From NCBI GenBank assembly GCA_031416355.1, contig JANOTM010000101.1:1-36065 (forward strand): a stretch of 36,065 nt of DNA. Direction: 5' to 3'. A program made the translations under genes and the position numbers. The notes below the pieces were generated by a model. The model was not told the DNA's origin. It saw nothing but the letters and a program-made list of their open reading frames with translations, and did not search any database. Shown in pieces: positions 14,553 through 25,800 of this stretch (positions are counted from its first letter, which is position 1; each line of letters opens with the position of its first letter). This DNA is from Gammaproteobacteria bacterium. Its GTDB lineage: Bacteria; Pseudomonadota; Gammaproteobacteria; Acidiferrobacterales; UBA6901.

Positions 14553-15679
14553 TGCTTTTCAATTAGATGAATAAATCTGTCAAACAGCGGTGCCACATCA
14601 TGCGGCCCAGGGCTCGCTTCGGGATGGCCCTGGAAACAGAACGCCGGCTGGTCGGTACGTGCCAGGCCTTGTATGGTGCCGTCGAACAGTGATCGGTGGG
14701 TCACGCGCAGAGTCGGGGGCAGGCTGGTCTCGTCTACGGCGAAACCGTGGTTCTGGCTGGTGATCATCACCTTACCGCTGTCCAGGTCTTGCACTGGATG
14801 GTTGGCGCCGTGATGGCCAAATTTCATTTTCATGGTGCGCGCGCCCGAGGCCAGGGCGAGTAATTGGTGGCCTAGGCAAATGCCGAACACCGGCAGGCCG
14901 GTGGCAACGATAGTGCGTATCGCCTCGATCGCATAGGTGCAGGGTTCCGGATCGCCCGGGCCATTGGAGAGAAATACCCCATGGGGCTGCATCGCCAGCA
15001 CCTCATCCGCCGGCGTCTTGGCCGGCACCACCGTCACGGCACAGCCGCGATCCGCGAGCATGCGCAGAATATTGCGCTTGATGCCGAAGTCGTACGCCAC
15101 GATTTTGAAACGCGCCGCCGGATCTTTGCGGTAACCTGAGGCCAGGTCCCAGCCGCCGTCGGTCCAGGGATACGCGGTCTTTGCACTGACCACCTTGGCC
15201 AGATCCATGCCCTTGAGTCCGGCGAATGCACGCGCTTGCGCCAGCGCCGCTTTTTTGTCGATCTTCTCGCCTTCTTGCGCCGCCACGATGCAGCCCTTCT
15301 GCGCGCCTTTTTCGCGCAACAAGCGCGTCAATCGACGTGTGTCGATACCGGTAATCCCAATTACCTTTTGCTTGCGCAAAAACTCGGACAAGGTTTGGTC
15401 GGCGCGCCAGTTGCTAGACTGCACTGGCAGGTCGCGGATCACCAGGCCGGTGGCGTAGACGCGCGCCGACTCCATGTCATCGGTGGTGGTGCCGGTGTTG
15501 CCGATGTGCGGATAGGTAAGGGTGATAATTTGGCGCGCGTAGGACGGGTCGGAAAGAATTTCCTGGTAGCCGGTCATGGCGGTGTTGAACACCACCTCGC
15601 CCACTGCCTGTCCGGAAATACCGATGGCCTCCCCGAAAAACAAGGAACCTTCTTCCAGAGCAAGCAGCGCAGGCCGCAT
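14501..15679 (-). CDS. carA: Carbamoyl-phosphate synthase small subunit
   Basis: [29 protein letters not shown] and [11 protein letters not shown]. Start trimmed to MRPALLAL, with GAGGT upstream. Confidence 0.98.
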   Translation of the reverse strand: MRPALLALEEGSLFFGEAIGISGQAVGEVVFNTAMTGYQEILSDPSYARQIITLTYPHIGNTGTTTDDMESARVYATGLVIRDLPVQSSNWRADQTLSEFLRKQKVIGITGIDTRRLTRLLREKGAQKGCIVAAQEGEKIDKKAALAQARAFAGLKGMDLAKVVSAKTAYPWTDGGWDLASGYRKDPAARFKIVAYDFGIKRNILRMLADRGCAVTVVPAKTPADEVLAMQPHGVFLSNGPGDPEPCTYAIEAIRTIVATGLPVFGICLGHQLLALASGARTMKMKFGHHGANHPVQDLDSGKVMITSQNHGFAVDETSLPPTLRVTHRSLFDGTIQGLARTDQPAFCFQGHPEASPGPHDVAPLFDRFIHLIEKQIKDTREKLQDTDKVQA

Positions 15680-15703
15680 CAGCGAATTACCTCGGGGCGT
15701 AGA

Positions 15704-15743
15704 CACACAAAAGCGGAAGAGGTGGCGTGAGCCTCTTCCGCTT
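15704..15743 (-). terminator. Terminator-like hairpin in the carA leader (possible attenuator)
   Basis: 12-bp perfect stem AAGCGGAAGAGG/CCTCTTCCGCTT (15711-15743) that runs into TTTTGTGTGT on the minus strand. Confidence 0.6.
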
Positions 15744-15782
15744 GAATTTTGGGGAAAATGTAGGTTTTCCGGCTGAGGCGGA

Positions 15783-15811
15783 ATTTTACGGGACGGGCGC
15801 TGGAAAATCAA
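15783..15811 (-). promoter_or_regulatory. Putative sigma70 promoter of carAB-greA
   Basis: Minus strand TTGATT-N17-TAAAAT. Confidence 0.65.
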
Positions 15812-15932
15812 TCGGATAATGGATCAGGGAATAGATGGCGCGCCGTAGGCGTCTTTCACACCATGTCCGGGAAAACGGGAACGTCCGTGGCCCTGACTCG
15901 AACTATCGATCCATTATCTGAGGTATTACAGC

Positions 15933-17690
15933 ATGAACAAAAAACTGCTGATCAACGCCCTATTTGTGGCGGGTGTGGCTATATACAGTCTGCCGGCCCA
16001 AGCCGGGGATGGCGAGGTCACCCTGATCCACACCGGCGACTTCCACGGACATTTGATTCCCCGCGCCAACGTCCGCAGCGACAGCCCGGACGGACGTAAA
16101 GAAGGCGGCCTGGCTCGCATTTACACTAAGATCAAAGAAATACGCCGGGAAGAAAAACACAGCCTCTTACTGCACACCGGCGACACCATACAGGGCTCGG
16201 CCGAAGTGCTCTACACCCAGGGTCAGGCTATCGTAGATATTGTTAATAAATTCAACATCGACGCCTATGCCCCGGGCAATTGGGAGTTTGTCTATGGCAC
16301 GCAACGCTTCTTGGATTTGTTCGTAGGTACCCCTGGCAAGGCCCCGCTGGCACCGTGGAATACCGTGGCGGCCAATGTGTATTATTCCACTCTCGCCGAA
16401 GACCCCACTACCCCTTATCCGGATAAGGCCGGGCAGCGCGTCACGCCACCCTATATCATCAAGCAAGTGGGCGAGGTTAAGGTTGGTATCCTGGGACTGA
16501 CCACCGATCGCGGCCCCCAAGTCGTGGGCAGCAAAGTAACCAAGGGCTTTAAATTCCTGAAAAACACCGCCGCCGAACTGGACGCCGAGGTACAAAACCA
16601 GGTAAACCAGTTGCGCAACGTCGAGCAGGTGGATCTGCTGGTAATGCTCTCGGAAATGGGCCTGGCCAACAACATCCGCATCGCCGAGAAAATCGCCGGC
16701 ATAGACGTGATTCTCTCCTCGGACATGCATGAAGAAACCATCAAGCCGGTGGTCACCGCCAGCGGCACCCTCATCGTCGAGGAAGGCCAGGACGGCACCA
16801 TGCTGGGCAAGCTCGAACTAGAAGTGAAGGATCGGCGCATCAGTGTATGGGAGTTCGAGCCGATACGCGTGACCGATAAAATCAAGCCCGACCCCACCAT
16901 CGCCGCCCTGGTCAAACAGGCCCGCAAAACCTTCGTGGCGGGGCCGAGTTTCACGAGCCATGTCAATCCGTTCAATGGCTCTAAGTTAAAGCGCCCCATC
17001 AACACGGTAGTGGGCCGCACCGCTAAACCCCTGCACCGCTCCAACTTCTCCCATGAAGACATGCCGGCCATACTCGAGGGCTCTTCCCACGACTTCATGA
17101 CCGATGCCTTCCGCGCCATGACCGGCGCCCAGATCGGCGCCATACGCGGTTTCCGCTACGGTACCCACGTGCCCGTGGGGCCGATCAAATATGAGGACTT
17201 GTTCCACTTCATCCCCATAGGTCCGCAAATCGCCATGGGCACCATCAAGGGCCAGGCACTCAAAAACCAAATCGAAAACGCCGCCGATGGTTCGCTCAAT
17301 CCGGACGTATCAAAATGGACCGGCGGTTGGTTGTTCAACTTCAGCAACGTCACCCTGGACTTGGACCCCTATCTGGCGCTCAACAACCGCGCGTCGAATA
17401 TCATGGTGGGTGGCGCGCCTCTGGATGTGGCGGCTAACTACACCTATGCGTCGTACTGGTATGCCAACGATCCCACGCTGATCAATGTCGTGCCGGCCAC
17501 CAATATCACCGTGCTTAAAGACACCGACGGCGGTCCCCTGGACGCCACCGAAGTATTGGTGCGCTATCTGGAATCCCTGCCTAATCATACGGCGGACCCG
17601 GTGCTCAATCGCATGCGCCTGGTGCGGCCGTTTCCAACGGCGGGTTTCGGCTTTCCCGAGGTGCAGCCCTTGCGCGGCGTGCCGCAGTAA
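15933..17690 (+). CDS. Secreted SoxB/5'-nucleotidase-like bifunctional metallophosphoesterase
   Basis: Sec-type signal peptide ending AQA, GAGG RBS, calcineurin-like motifs GDFHGH, GGLARI and GDTIQGS, and a 5'-nucleotidase-type C-terminal domain containing GFRYG. Confidence 0.8.
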   Translation: MNKKLLINALFVAGVAIYSLPAQAGDGEVTLIHTGDFHGHLIPRANVRSDSPDGRKEGGLARIYTKIKEIRREEKHSLLLHTGDTIQGSAEVLYTQGQAIVDIVNKFNIDAYAPGNWEFVYGTQRFLDLFVGTPGKAPLAPWNTVAANVYYSTLAEDPTTPYPDKAGQRVTPPYIIKQVGEVKVGILGLTTDRGPQVVGSKVTKGFKFLKNTAAELDAEVQNQVNQLRNVEQVDLLVMLSEMGLANNIRIAEKIAGIDVILSSDMHEETIKPVVTASGTLIVEEGQDGTMLGKLELEVKDRRISVWEFEPIRVTDKIKPDPTIAALVKQARKTFVAGPSFTSHVNPFNGSKLKRPINTVVGRTAKPLHRSNFSHEDMPAILEGSSHDFMTDAFRAMTGAQIGAIRGFRYGTHVPVGPIKYEDLFHFIPIGPQIAMGTIKGQALKNQIENAADGSLNPDVSKWTGGWLFNFSNVTLDLDPYLALNNRASNIMVGGAPLDVAANYTYASYWYANDPTLINVVPATNITVLKDTDGGPLDATEVLVRYLESLPNHTADPVLNRMRLVRPFPTAGFGFPEVQPLRGVPQ

Positions 17691-17715
17691 GCCTCGCTGT
17701 TCACAGGTGTAAACC

Positions 17716-17747
17716 ATCAGGCCCGGCATGCTGGGCCTGATTTTTTT
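17716..17747 (+). terminator. Rho-independent terminator after the SoxB-like gene (convergent with dapB)
   Basis: ATCAGGCCCGGC-AT-GCTGGGCCTGAT hairpin followed by a T-run. Confidence 0.85.
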
Positions 17748-17763
17748 GTACTGGCGTTACCCG

Positions 17764-18576
<813 letters not shown>

Positions 18577-18651
18577 CTATGCCTACACTGTGGGTGAAGG
18601 ATAATGGATTTACACATGGGTGGCTAACGACAAGTGCTTATTGGATAACTA

Positions 18652-19344
18652 ATGGAACAAGAATACCCCACGATATTGCTGCATCTGTGCCTAGCGGTCC
18701 TGGCCGGCGGCATGATAGGCCTGGAGCGTACCTTTCACGGGCGCCCGGCGGGCTTTCGTACCCATACTCTGGTGTGTACCGCGTCCAGTCTGTTGATGCT
18801 GGTGACGGTTTACCAAGCACAGCTGTTCAGTCATCTCTCGGTGGACACTCTGCGCGTGGATCCCACGCGCCTGGCCCAGGGCATCATGACCGGTATCGGC
18901 TTCCTCGGCGCTGGGGTGATTATCAAAGAAGGCCTGACGGTGCGCGGGCTCACCACCGCCGCCTCCATTTGGATGACGGCCGCCATAGGCATACTGATAG
19001 GCATAGGCTTTTACTTTCCAGCGGCGGTGGCCACCTTCCTCACCTTAGGTACCTTGTCCCTGTTCCGCTGGATAGAACTGATTATACCGGCCCTTTATTA
19101 TGGACGCCTGGATGTGCGTTTCCTACGCAAGGATGCACCCTCGGAAAAAGAACTCTGCGCCTTGATCGCCACCCAAGGCTTTACCGTGGCGAATATGAGT
19201 TACCGGCTAAGCGAGGAAGGGAAATTCTTTGAATACCGCATGACCATACGCAGCCGTGACCGCGACAACTCGCGCCGGCTGGCGGAAAGTCTGACGCACA
19301 TGGACAAGGTCTTGGAATTCCATATCCTACCCTCGGGGGATTGA
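18652..19344 (+). CDS. MgtC/SapB family membrane protein
   Basis: IGLER...RPAGFRTH, RLAQGIMTGIGFLGAG and GLTTAASIW, followed by a soluble C-terminal domain. Confidence 0.9.
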   Translation: MEQEYPTILLHLCLAVLAGGMIGLERTFHGRPAGFRTHTLVCTASSLLMLVTVYQAQLFSHLSVDTLRVDPTRLAQGIMTGIGFLGAGVIIKEGLTVRGLTTAASIWMTAAIGILIGIGFYFPAAVATFLTLGTLSLFRWIELIIPALYYGRLDVRFLRKDAPSEKELCALIATQGFTVANMSYRLSEEGKFFEYRMTIRSRDRDNSRRLAESLTHMDKVLEFHILPSGD

Positions 19345-19357
19345 TCCACCCGGTATA

Positions 19358-19996
19358 TCACGCGGTCGAGAATCTCGCCTTCATGCGCGCAACCCAGGGC
19401 TGGAAGGACGGGGTGGCGCGTACCAGCCGGTAACCTAGTAACACGCCCAGGACTGCGGCATAGATCAGCGGCTGGGTGAGGTCTTTTTTTACCAGCCACA
19501 GATAGTGCACCACGCCGGCGATGGCGATCACATACACCAGGCGGTGCAATAACTGCCAGCGCCGCCCGCCCAGGCGTTTCACCATGGCGTTGGTCGACGT
19601 GACCGCCAAGGAAATCAACAATACAAACGCGAAGAAACCCACGGTAATAAACGGACGCTTAATGATGTCCTTGACGATGGCCGTCCAATCGAAGAACTGG
19701 TCCAGCCAAAAGTACGTGACTACATGCAGACACGCATAAAAAAATGCATACAAGCCCAGCATGCGGCGCAGCCGTATCAAGGCGTTGATGCCCGTTAGGC
19801 GGCGCAGCGGCGTAACGCTCAAGGTAATCAGCAGGAATACCAAGGTCCAAGTGCCGGTTGCATGGGTGATGGCCTCGATGGGATTGGCGCCTAGTCTGTC
19901 GCCATACGCGTCCGCCCCCAGCCATACCAATGGCACCAGACAGAGCATAAATACCAGGGGTTTGATCCAACGCATAGCTATCGACATACCGATCAA
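19358..19996 (-). CDS. msrQ: Methionine sulfoxide reductase heme-binding subunit MsrQ (YedZ)
   Basis: [22 protein letters not shown] and WQLLHRLVY; coupled to msrP. Exact start uncertain (19996, 19987 or 19975). Confidence 0.93.
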   Translation of the reverse strand: MIGMSIAMRWIKPLVFMLCLVPLVWLGADAYGDRLGANPIEAITHATGTWTLVFLLITLSVTPLRRLTGINALIRLRRMLGLYAFFYACLHVVTYFWLDQFFDWTAIVKDIIKRPFITVGFFAFVLLISLAVTSTNAMVKRLGGRRWQLLHRLVYVIAIAGVVHYLWLVKKDLTQPLIYAAVLGVLLGYRLVRATPSFQPWVARMKARFSTA

Positions 19997-20934
19997 AAAT
20001 TCTTTTTAAGATCCATGCCACGATAGAGCGACGCCACCTGCTCGGCATAGCCGTTGAACATGAGGGTTGGACGCTTACTGAACTCGCCGATACGGCGCTC
20101 GCGCGCCTGACTCCAGCGCGGATGATCCACTTCGGGATTTACGTTGGAATAAAAATTGTATTCCGCGGAATTGGCACGCATCCACGAGGACACCGGCTGC
20201 GACTCCACGAAACGGATGCGCACGATGGACTTGATACTTTTAAAACCGTATTTCCATGGCACCACCAGGCGCACTGGCGCACCGTTTTGATTGGGTAGCA
20301 CTTCGCCATACAGGCCCACAGTCAATAGGGTCAGGGGGTGCATGGCCTCGTCCAGACGCAGGCCTTCTACATACGGCCACTGGAGCACGCGCGAACGCTG
20401 TCCGGGCATCTGTTCCGGATCGTGCAGACTGACAAACTCCACATATTTCGCACGGCTCGTGGGCGCCACCTGCTTGATAATATCACCCAGGGAAAATCCC
20501 ACCCATGGGATCACCATGGACCAGCCCTCTACGCAACGCATGCGATAGATACGCTCCTCCAAGGGGCTCATGCGCAGCAGCGCATCGATGTCGTAGGTTT
20601 TGGGGTGTTTGACCTCACCCTCTACGACTACGGTCCAAGGCCGGGTACGCAGGGTATGGGCAGTCTTCGCCGGCGATTCTTTGTCGGTGCCGAATTCATA
20701 GAAATTGTTGTAATGGGCGATGTCCTGTAAGCGTGTGGGGCTCTCCGTCACGCTGTAAGGGCTCTTACGCAGGTCGCTGAAGCGCTTGGCCGGCTCTGTC
20801 CCCGCCCACGCAGGCAGTGCGCCCCCGGTCGCCAGGGCGGCGGCGCCAGCCACTAGAAAACGCCGACGACTTAGGTAGACGGCCTTATCGGTGATTTCCG
20901 AGGGGAGTATAGCGGCGGGTTTTTTAATGGGCAT
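19993..20934 (-). CDS. msrP: Molybdenum-dependent methionine sulfoxide reductase catalytic subunit MsrP (YedY)
   Basis: Tat motif [28 protein letters not shown] and [13 protein letters not shown]. Confidence 0.96.
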   Translation of the reverse strand: MPIKKPAAILPSEITDKAVYLSRRRFLVAGAAALATGGALPAWAGTEPAKRFSDLRKSPYSVTESPTRLQDIAHYNNFYEFGTDKESPAKTAHTLRTRPWTVVVEGEVKHPKTYDIDALLRMSPLEERIYRMRCVEGWSMVIPWVGFSLGDIIKQVAPTSRAKYVEFVSLHDPEQMPGQRSRVLQWPYVEGLRLDEAMHPLTLLTVGLYGEVLPNQNGAPVRLVVPWKYGFKSIKSIVRIRFVESQPVSSWMRANSAEYNFYSNVNPEVDHPRWSQARERRIGEFSKRPTLMFNGYAEQVASLYRGMDLKKNF

Positions 20935-21065
20935 GCTTGGCCTCTATGGCTATAAACGGGGGTAGGCTGCGCACCCCGCAATCGGCGACGGTCGAGCGCA
21001 ACTCATAGCTTAGACGGCCATGGACCATAAAACCTTACATATACGAGAAAACACCGGAAACCGTT

Positions 21066-21590
21066 TTACCAGTTGAGATAGGCATAACCTTTTTGCTGCA
21101 GCTCCATGAGGTCGGCGGCGCCCACTTCCACATACTTGGCAAAGGCAAGGGTATCCTTTTGTGTCAGGCCGAGCGCGGTGAGGGTATTACCGCAGATGTG
21201 GAATTCCACTCCGTATTGACTCAGGCTGGCTACCTTTTCACGGATCTCGCGCGTCACTGGACGGCGCGGCTTTTTGAGTAATATATGGATGCCGGGACCA
21301 AAGGTGGTGACCACGATCTTAATATTGTCTCCGTACATGCGCAGCATGGCGCCGACGGAAAAGATCACATGGTTGTGATAGTCGGCATCGGCCTGGTTGA
21401 ATTGGTAAACGATAAAATTTTCCGGCGCATCTCCGGGAAACCGCAGCGGTTTTTCCTTGCTCGCACTCGTCGCGTCTTGCGCGCGGCTGCCGTTGCTCAC
21501 GGCAAACAGTCCGCCGGCGGCGGCCATACCGGCCAGTAGCTTGCGCCGTCCCAGGCTGATTGATTCGGACAACTTCGACCATCGCTGCAT
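21066..21590 (-). CDS. Tat-exported DsrE/DsrF-like protein
   Basis: Twin-arginine signal GRRKLL followed by a hydrophobic stretch and SRA-Q cleavage-like site. DsrE-like motifs FGPGIHIL, EFHICGNTL and ELQQKGYAY. Confidence 0.75.
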   Translation of the reverse strand: MQRWSKLSESISLGRRKLLAGMAAAGGLFAVSNGSRAQDATSASKEKPLRFPGDAPENFIVYQFNQADADYHNHVIFSVGAMLRMYGDNIKIVVTTFGPGIHILLKKPRRPVTREIREKVASLSQYGVEFHICGNTLTALGLTQKDTLAFAKYVEVGAADLMELQQKGYAYLNW

Positions 21591-21593
21591 ATA

Positions 21594-21731
21594 TAGAATC
21601 CTATTCTAAACATAACACCATAAATAATGCGCCTGGCCGTGGCAGTAGGGTGGGCATCATCCACCGGTGTGCGCTGGCGGTCGCCGCGTGTGGTGGGCAA
21701 TGCCCACCCTACAAACGAATCCTATTCTAAA
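21594..21731. repeat. REP doublet copy with terminal repeat, bracketed by a 15-bp direct repeat
   Basis: Arms at 21645-21665 and 21692-21712; terminal motif TTCTAAACATAACACCATAAATAATGC at 21604-21630; GAATCCTATTCTAAA at 21596-21610 and 21717-21731. Confidence 0.9.
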
Positions 21732-21791
21732 TGTCCACGTCCTGTCATCGGGGACGTCCACGCCTAAGGCTTTATTCCGACACCGGGCACC

Positions 21792-22913
21792 TTAACCCAG
21801 AAAACCCTTGAGCTTTTCCATCCAAGACTGCTCGCGCGGGCTATGGCGCGCGCCGCCTTCGCGTAACAGCGTATCAAATTCCTGGAGTAATTCCTTCTGG
21901 CGCTTGCTGAGATTCACCGGTGTTTCGATACTGATGTGGCAAAACAGATCGCCCACGTGGCCGTTGCGTACATTGGTGACACCCTTAGCGCGCAGGCGAA
22001 ACACCTTGCCGGTTTGGGTGCCAGCGGGAATTTTGAGATTGGCGCGTCCGTCCAGGGTGGGGACTTCCACTTCACCACCCAAGGTCGCGGTGACAAAACT
22101 GCAGGGCATTTCGCAGTGCAGGTCGTCGCCGTCGCGTTTGAAGAGGCCGTGGGGCTTGAGCCGCACTTGGACGTACAAATCCCCCGCCGGCCCGCCGTTT
22201 TCTCCGGCCTCGCCCTCGCCTGCCAAGCGTATTTGATCGCCCTCATCCACGCCCGCCGGCACTTTCACCGACAGGGTCTTGGTATGTTTCACCCGGCCCT
22301 GGCCGTGGCAGGTGCTGCAAGGCGAGCTCACCACCTTGCCGCTACCGCGGCAATTGGGACAGGTCTGCTGTATGGAAAAAAACCCCTGCTGCATGCGTAC
22401 CTGGCCATGACCACCACAAGTGGCACAGGTAGTAGCCGACGTACCGGGTTTGGCTCCGCTTCCATGACAGGTCTCGCAGGACTCCAGGGCCGGCACCCGG
22501 ATACGCATCTCGGTACCGCGCACCGCTTCTTCCAGGCCGAGATCCAGGTTGTAACGCAGATCCGCCCCGCGGTACACCTGCGCGCCGCCGCGGGCGCGGC
22601 CACCGCCGCCGAAAATATCGCCGAAAATATCCGCGAAACTCCCGCCCTGTCCGGGGTGAGCGCCGCCACCGCGACCCGCGGCAGCAGGATCGACACCGGC
22701 GTGGCCAAACTGGTCGTAGGCCGTGCGCTTCTGGGCATCGGTCAGAATTTCATAGGCCTCATTCGCTTCTTTAAACTTGGCCTCCGCACCCTTGTCGTCG
22801 GTGTTACGGTCAGGATGATATTTCATCGCCAGCCGGCGATAGGCCTTCTTGATCTCCGCCTCGGGGGCATTGCGCGCTACTCCAAGTACCTCATAGTAAT
22901 CCTGCTTAGCCAT
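21792..22913 (-). CDS. dnaJ: Chaperone DnaJ
   Basis: J-domain with HPD, G/F-rich region and four CxxCxGxG repeats. Confidence 0.98.
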   Translation of the reverse strand: MAKQDYYEVLGVARNAPEAEIKKAYRRLAMKYHPDRNTDDKGAEAKFKEANEAYEILTDAQKRTAYDQFGHAGVDPAAAGRGGGAHPGQGGSFADIFGDIFGGGGRARGGAQVYRGADLRYNLDLGLEEAVRGTEMRIRVPALESCETCHGSGAKPGTSATTCATCGGHGQVRMQQGFFSIQQTCPNCRGSGKVVSSPCSTCHGQGRVKHTKTLSVKVPAGVDEGDQIRLAGEGEAGENGGPAGDLYVQVRLKPHGLFKRDGDDLHCEMPCSFVTATLGGEVEVPTLDGRANLKIPAGTQTGKVFRLRAKGVTNVRNGHVGDLFCHISIETPVNLSKRQKELLQEFDTLLREGGARHSPREQSWMEKLKGFLG

Positions 22914-22967
22914 GCTTAACGTCCTGCCATCACGATATTCATTAAAAAATCACTGTTGCACGCACGA

Positions 22968-23009
22968 CAAAAGGCGCCGTGGTCGATCCCCGATCCCCAC
23001 GGTGCCTTT
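22968..23009 (-). terminator. Hairpin with short U-tract between dnaK and dnaJ (partial terminator or stabiliser)
   Basis: Minus strand AAAGGCACCGTGG...CCACGGCGCCTTTTG. Confidence 0.6.
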
Positions 23010-23039
23010 ATGCCATACAGAACGGCCGGTAACGACGAA

Positions 23040-24977
23040 TTATTTACCGCCTTTTTTGTCCTTCACTTCCTCGAATTCGGCATCCACCACATTGCCGTTG
23101 TCGTCGCCGCGGTCTTGGGTCTCATCCGCGGTGGCGGTCTCGGCCGTGGCGCCGGCCTGGGCCTGGGCATACATATGCTCCGCGAGTTTATGGCTGGCTT
23201 CGGTGAGCACCTGGGTCTTGGCTTCAATCTCGGCCTTGTCATCGGCCTTGAGCGCCAATTCCAGATCGGTAATCGCCTGATCGATCTTGGTCTTGTCGAC
23301 GGCGTCGATCTTGTCGCCCATTTCCTTCAGGGATTTGCGCACGCTGTGTATCATGGCATCGGCGCGGTTGCGGGCATCCACCAGCTCATGCGCCTTGCGA
23401 TCTTCTTCGGCATGGGCCTCGGCGTCCTTGATCATGCGGTCGATTTCCTTGTCATCGAGACCGGAACTGGACTTGATGACAATCTTGTTTTCTTTGCCGG
23501 TGGCCTTGTCTTTGGCAGACACGTGCAAGATGCCGTTGGCGTCGATGTCGAAGGTCACCTCGATCTGCGGTACACCGCGCGCGGCCGGTGGAATATCGCT
23601 GAGATCGAAACGCCCCAGGGACTTGTTGCCCGCGGCTATTTCGCGTTCGCCTTGCAATACGTGCACGGTCACCGCGGTCTGGCTGTCGTCGGCGGTGGAA
23701 AACACCTGACCCGCCTTGGTCGGAATGGTGGTGTTTTTCTGTATGAGCTTGGTCATGACGCCGCCCATGGTTTCGATACCCAGGGACAAGGGCGTCACAT
23801 CGAGCAACAACACGTCCTTGACCTCGCCACCGAGCACACCGCCCTGAATCGCCGCGCCTATGGCCACGGCCTCGTCCGGGTTAACGTCCTTGCGCGGCTC
23901 CTTGCCGAAGAAATTCTTCACCGCTTCCTGCACCATGGGCATGCGCGTCTGGCCGCCCACCAGGATGACGTCGGCGATTTCCGAGGCCTTGATACCGGCG
24001 TCCTTGATAGCCACCTTGCACGGCTCGATGGTGCGCGCGACCAACTCTTCCACCAGGCTTTCGAGCTTGGCGCGCGATAGCTTGATGTTGAGATGCTTGG
24101 GACCACTGGCATCGGCGGTGATATACGGCAGATTCACGTCGGTCTGCTGGCTGGAGGAGAGCTCGATCTTGGCTTTTTCCGCGGCATCCTTGAGGCGCTG
24201 CAGAGCCAATGGATCCTTGTGCAGGTCCACACCTGCATCCCTTTTAAACTCGTCCACCAGGTAATCGATGATGCGGCGGTCGAAATCTTCGCCGCCGAGA
24301 AAGGTATCGCCGTTGGTGGACAGCACTTCGAACTGGTGTTCGCCGTCTACTTCCGCGATTTCGATAATGGAGATATCGAAGGTGCCGCCGCCCAGGTCAT
24401 ATACCGCGATCTTGCGGTCGCCCTCCTGCTTGTCCATGCCGAAGGCCAGCGCCGCCGCCGTGGGCTCGTTAATGATGCGCTTGACATCGAGCCCGGCGAT
24501 CTTGCCGGCGTCCTTGGTGGCTTGGCGCTGGGAGTCGTTGAAATAGGCCGGGACGGTGATCACCGCTTCGGTGACTTCTTCGCCGAGGTAATCTTCCGCG
24601 GTCTTTTTCATCTTCTGCAGCACGCGTGCCGAGATCTCCGGGGCCGCCATGGCCTTGCCTTTGGCCTCGACCCAGGCATCGCCGTTTTTGGCCTTGACGA
24701 TCTTGTACGGCACCATCTTGATATCGCGCTGCACCACTTCGTCGTCGAACTTGCGGCCGATGAGGCGCTTGACTGCGTATAAGGTATTGTGCGGATTGGT
24801 CACCGCCTGGCGCTTGGCCACCTGCCCGACCACCACCTCATCGTCCGAGGTAAAGGCGACAATGGATGGCGTGGTGCGGTCGCCCTCGCTGTTTTCGATG
24901 ACTCGCGGTTTGCCGCCTTCCATCACGGCCACACAGGAGTTGGTGGTGCCTAAGTCGATGCCGATAATCTTTCCCAT
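23040..24977 (-). CDS. dnaK: Chaperone DnaK (Hsp70)
   Basis: [22 protein letters not shown] and C-terminal DAEFEEV. Start trimmed to MGKII, with a GAGGA RBS. Confidence 0.99.
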   Translation of the reverse strand: MGKIIGIDLGTTNSCVAVMEGGKPRVIENSEGDRTTPSIVAFTSDDEVVVGQVAKRQAVTNPHNTLYAVKRLIGRKFDDEVVQRDIKMVPYKIVKAKNGDAWVEAKGKAMAAPEISARVLQKMKKTAEDYLGEEVTEAVITVPAYFNDSQRQATKDAGKIAGLDVKRIINEPTAAALAFGMDKQEGDRKIAVYDLGGGTFDISIIEIAEVDGEHQFEVLSTNGDTFLGGEDFDRRIIDYLVDEFKRDAGVDLHKDPLALQRLKDAAEKAKIELSSSQQTDVNLPYITADASGPKHLNIKLSRAKLESLVEELVARTIEPCKVAIKDAGIKASEIADVILVGGQTRMPMVQEAVKNFFGKEPRKDVNPDEAVAIGAAIQGGVLGGEVKDVLLLDVTPLSLGIETMGGVMTKLIQKNTTIPTKAGQVFSTADDSQTAVTVHVLQGEREIAAGNKSLGRFDLSDIPPAARGVPQIEVTFDIDANGILHVSAKDKATGKENKIVIKSSSGLDDKEIDRMIKDAEAHAEEDRKAHELVDARNRADAMIHSVRKSLKEMGDKIDAVDKTKIDQAITDLELALKADDKAEIEAKTQVLTEASHKLAEHMYAQAQAGATAETATADETQDRGDDNGNVVDAEFEEVKDKKGGK

Positions 24978-25062
24978 TGAATTGTCCTCTATTCTATAAA
25001 GCTGATGATTATTCCTGTTTAATAAATTTGCTAGCCCTTGGTAAAGGATCAACTAGGTCTAA

Positions 25063-25090
25063 ATATGGGGCTAGGCCTGCGATTTTCAAG
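25063..25090 (-). promoter_or_regulatory. sigma32 (RpoH) promoter of dnaKJ
   Basis: Minus strand CTTGAA-N14-CCCCATAT, matching the RpoH consensus. Confidence 0.9.
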
Positions 25091-25103
25091 TATTTTCCCG
25101 AGG

Positions 25104-25694
25104 CTAGGCATCCTTCGAAACGATCACCATGGCCGGGCGCAACAGCCGGTCGTTCAAGGTATAGCCTTTCTGCACTGTAGTCAGCACGTGGTTAGCCGGG
25201 ATCTCGTCGGACTCCAGGATGCTCATGGCCTGGTGTTTCTCGGGAGAAAATTTATCCCCCTTTTGCGGCTCTACCGTGGCCAGGGCAAACTTTAGGAATA
25301 TGCTATCCATGAGTTTGAGGGTTAAATCCAAGCCCTCGAACATTTTTTCCACCAGCGAGGTGTCGTCCTGCAATTGGATGGCGCGCGCCCGCTCCAGGCT
25401 GTCTTTGACCGCCAGCATCTCCAAGGCAAAGCGCTCAATGGCGAATTTATGCGCGTTCGTCACATCGGTGGCGGCACGCCGCCGGATATTCTCGGTTTCC
25501 GCCTTGGAACGTAGAAATCTATCTTGATTATCCGCTGCCTGCTGGCGCGCATGCTCCAGTTCCGTGAGCAGCGCGGCGGCATCCGCGGACTGGCCGGCGT
25601 CGTTCAGTGGGCCCCCATTTGGCTGATCGTCGCCATTGTCCATAGAGGCATTTTCCACGGTGGTGCCAGATTCTGCAGTTTTCTTTTGCGTCAT
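25104..25694 (-). CDS. grpE: Nucleotide exchange factor GrpE
   Basis: LRSKAETENIRRR, FSPEKHQA and QKGYTLNDRLLRPAMVIV. Confidence 0.97.
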   Translation of the reverse strand: MTQKKTAESGTTVENASMDNGDDQPNGGPLNDAGQSADAAALLTELEHARQQAADNQDRFLRSKAETENIRRRAATDVTNAHKFAIERFALEMLAVKDSLERARAIQLQDDTSLVEKMFEGLDLTLKLMDSIFLKFALATVEPQKGDKFSPEKHQAMSILESDEIPANHVLTTVQKGYTLNDRLLRPAMVIVSKDA

Positions 25695-25765
25695 GGAACG
25701 GCCTATCCTTTCTTAAAACTTGCGAGTTCAGGTCATGCTACCCGATCTTAATGATTAACAGCACA

Positions 25766-25792
25766 GTGGGGATGGCGAACTAGTCTTTCAAG
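25766..25792 (-). promoter_or_regulatory. Putative sigma32 promoter of grpE
   Basis: Minus strand CTTGAA-N15-CCCCAC. Confidence 0.75.
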
Positions 25793-25800
25793 CGCCCCGC

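Noticed and set aside
15680-15811. 44-aa N-terminal extension of CarA in the ORF track
   Set aside because: The TTG start coincides with the predicted -35 box and the extension spans the leader hairpins; CarA-like sequence begins at MRPALL.
15933-17690. Assigning the symbol soxB or ushA
   Set aside because: The metal-ligand motifs match neither, there is no Tat signal, and there are no sox neighbours.
20962-21000. GTAGGCTGCGCACCCCGC upstream of msrP as a fifth REP
   Set aside because: Only the GTAGG start matches; there is no convincing palindrome or partner arm.
22956-24782. Long plus-strand ORFs antisense to dnaK (374 aa and 229 aa)
   Set aside because: These are mirror-frame ORFs typical of GC-rich, codon-biased genes, a well-known artefact opposite dnaK. 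They have no independent motifs.
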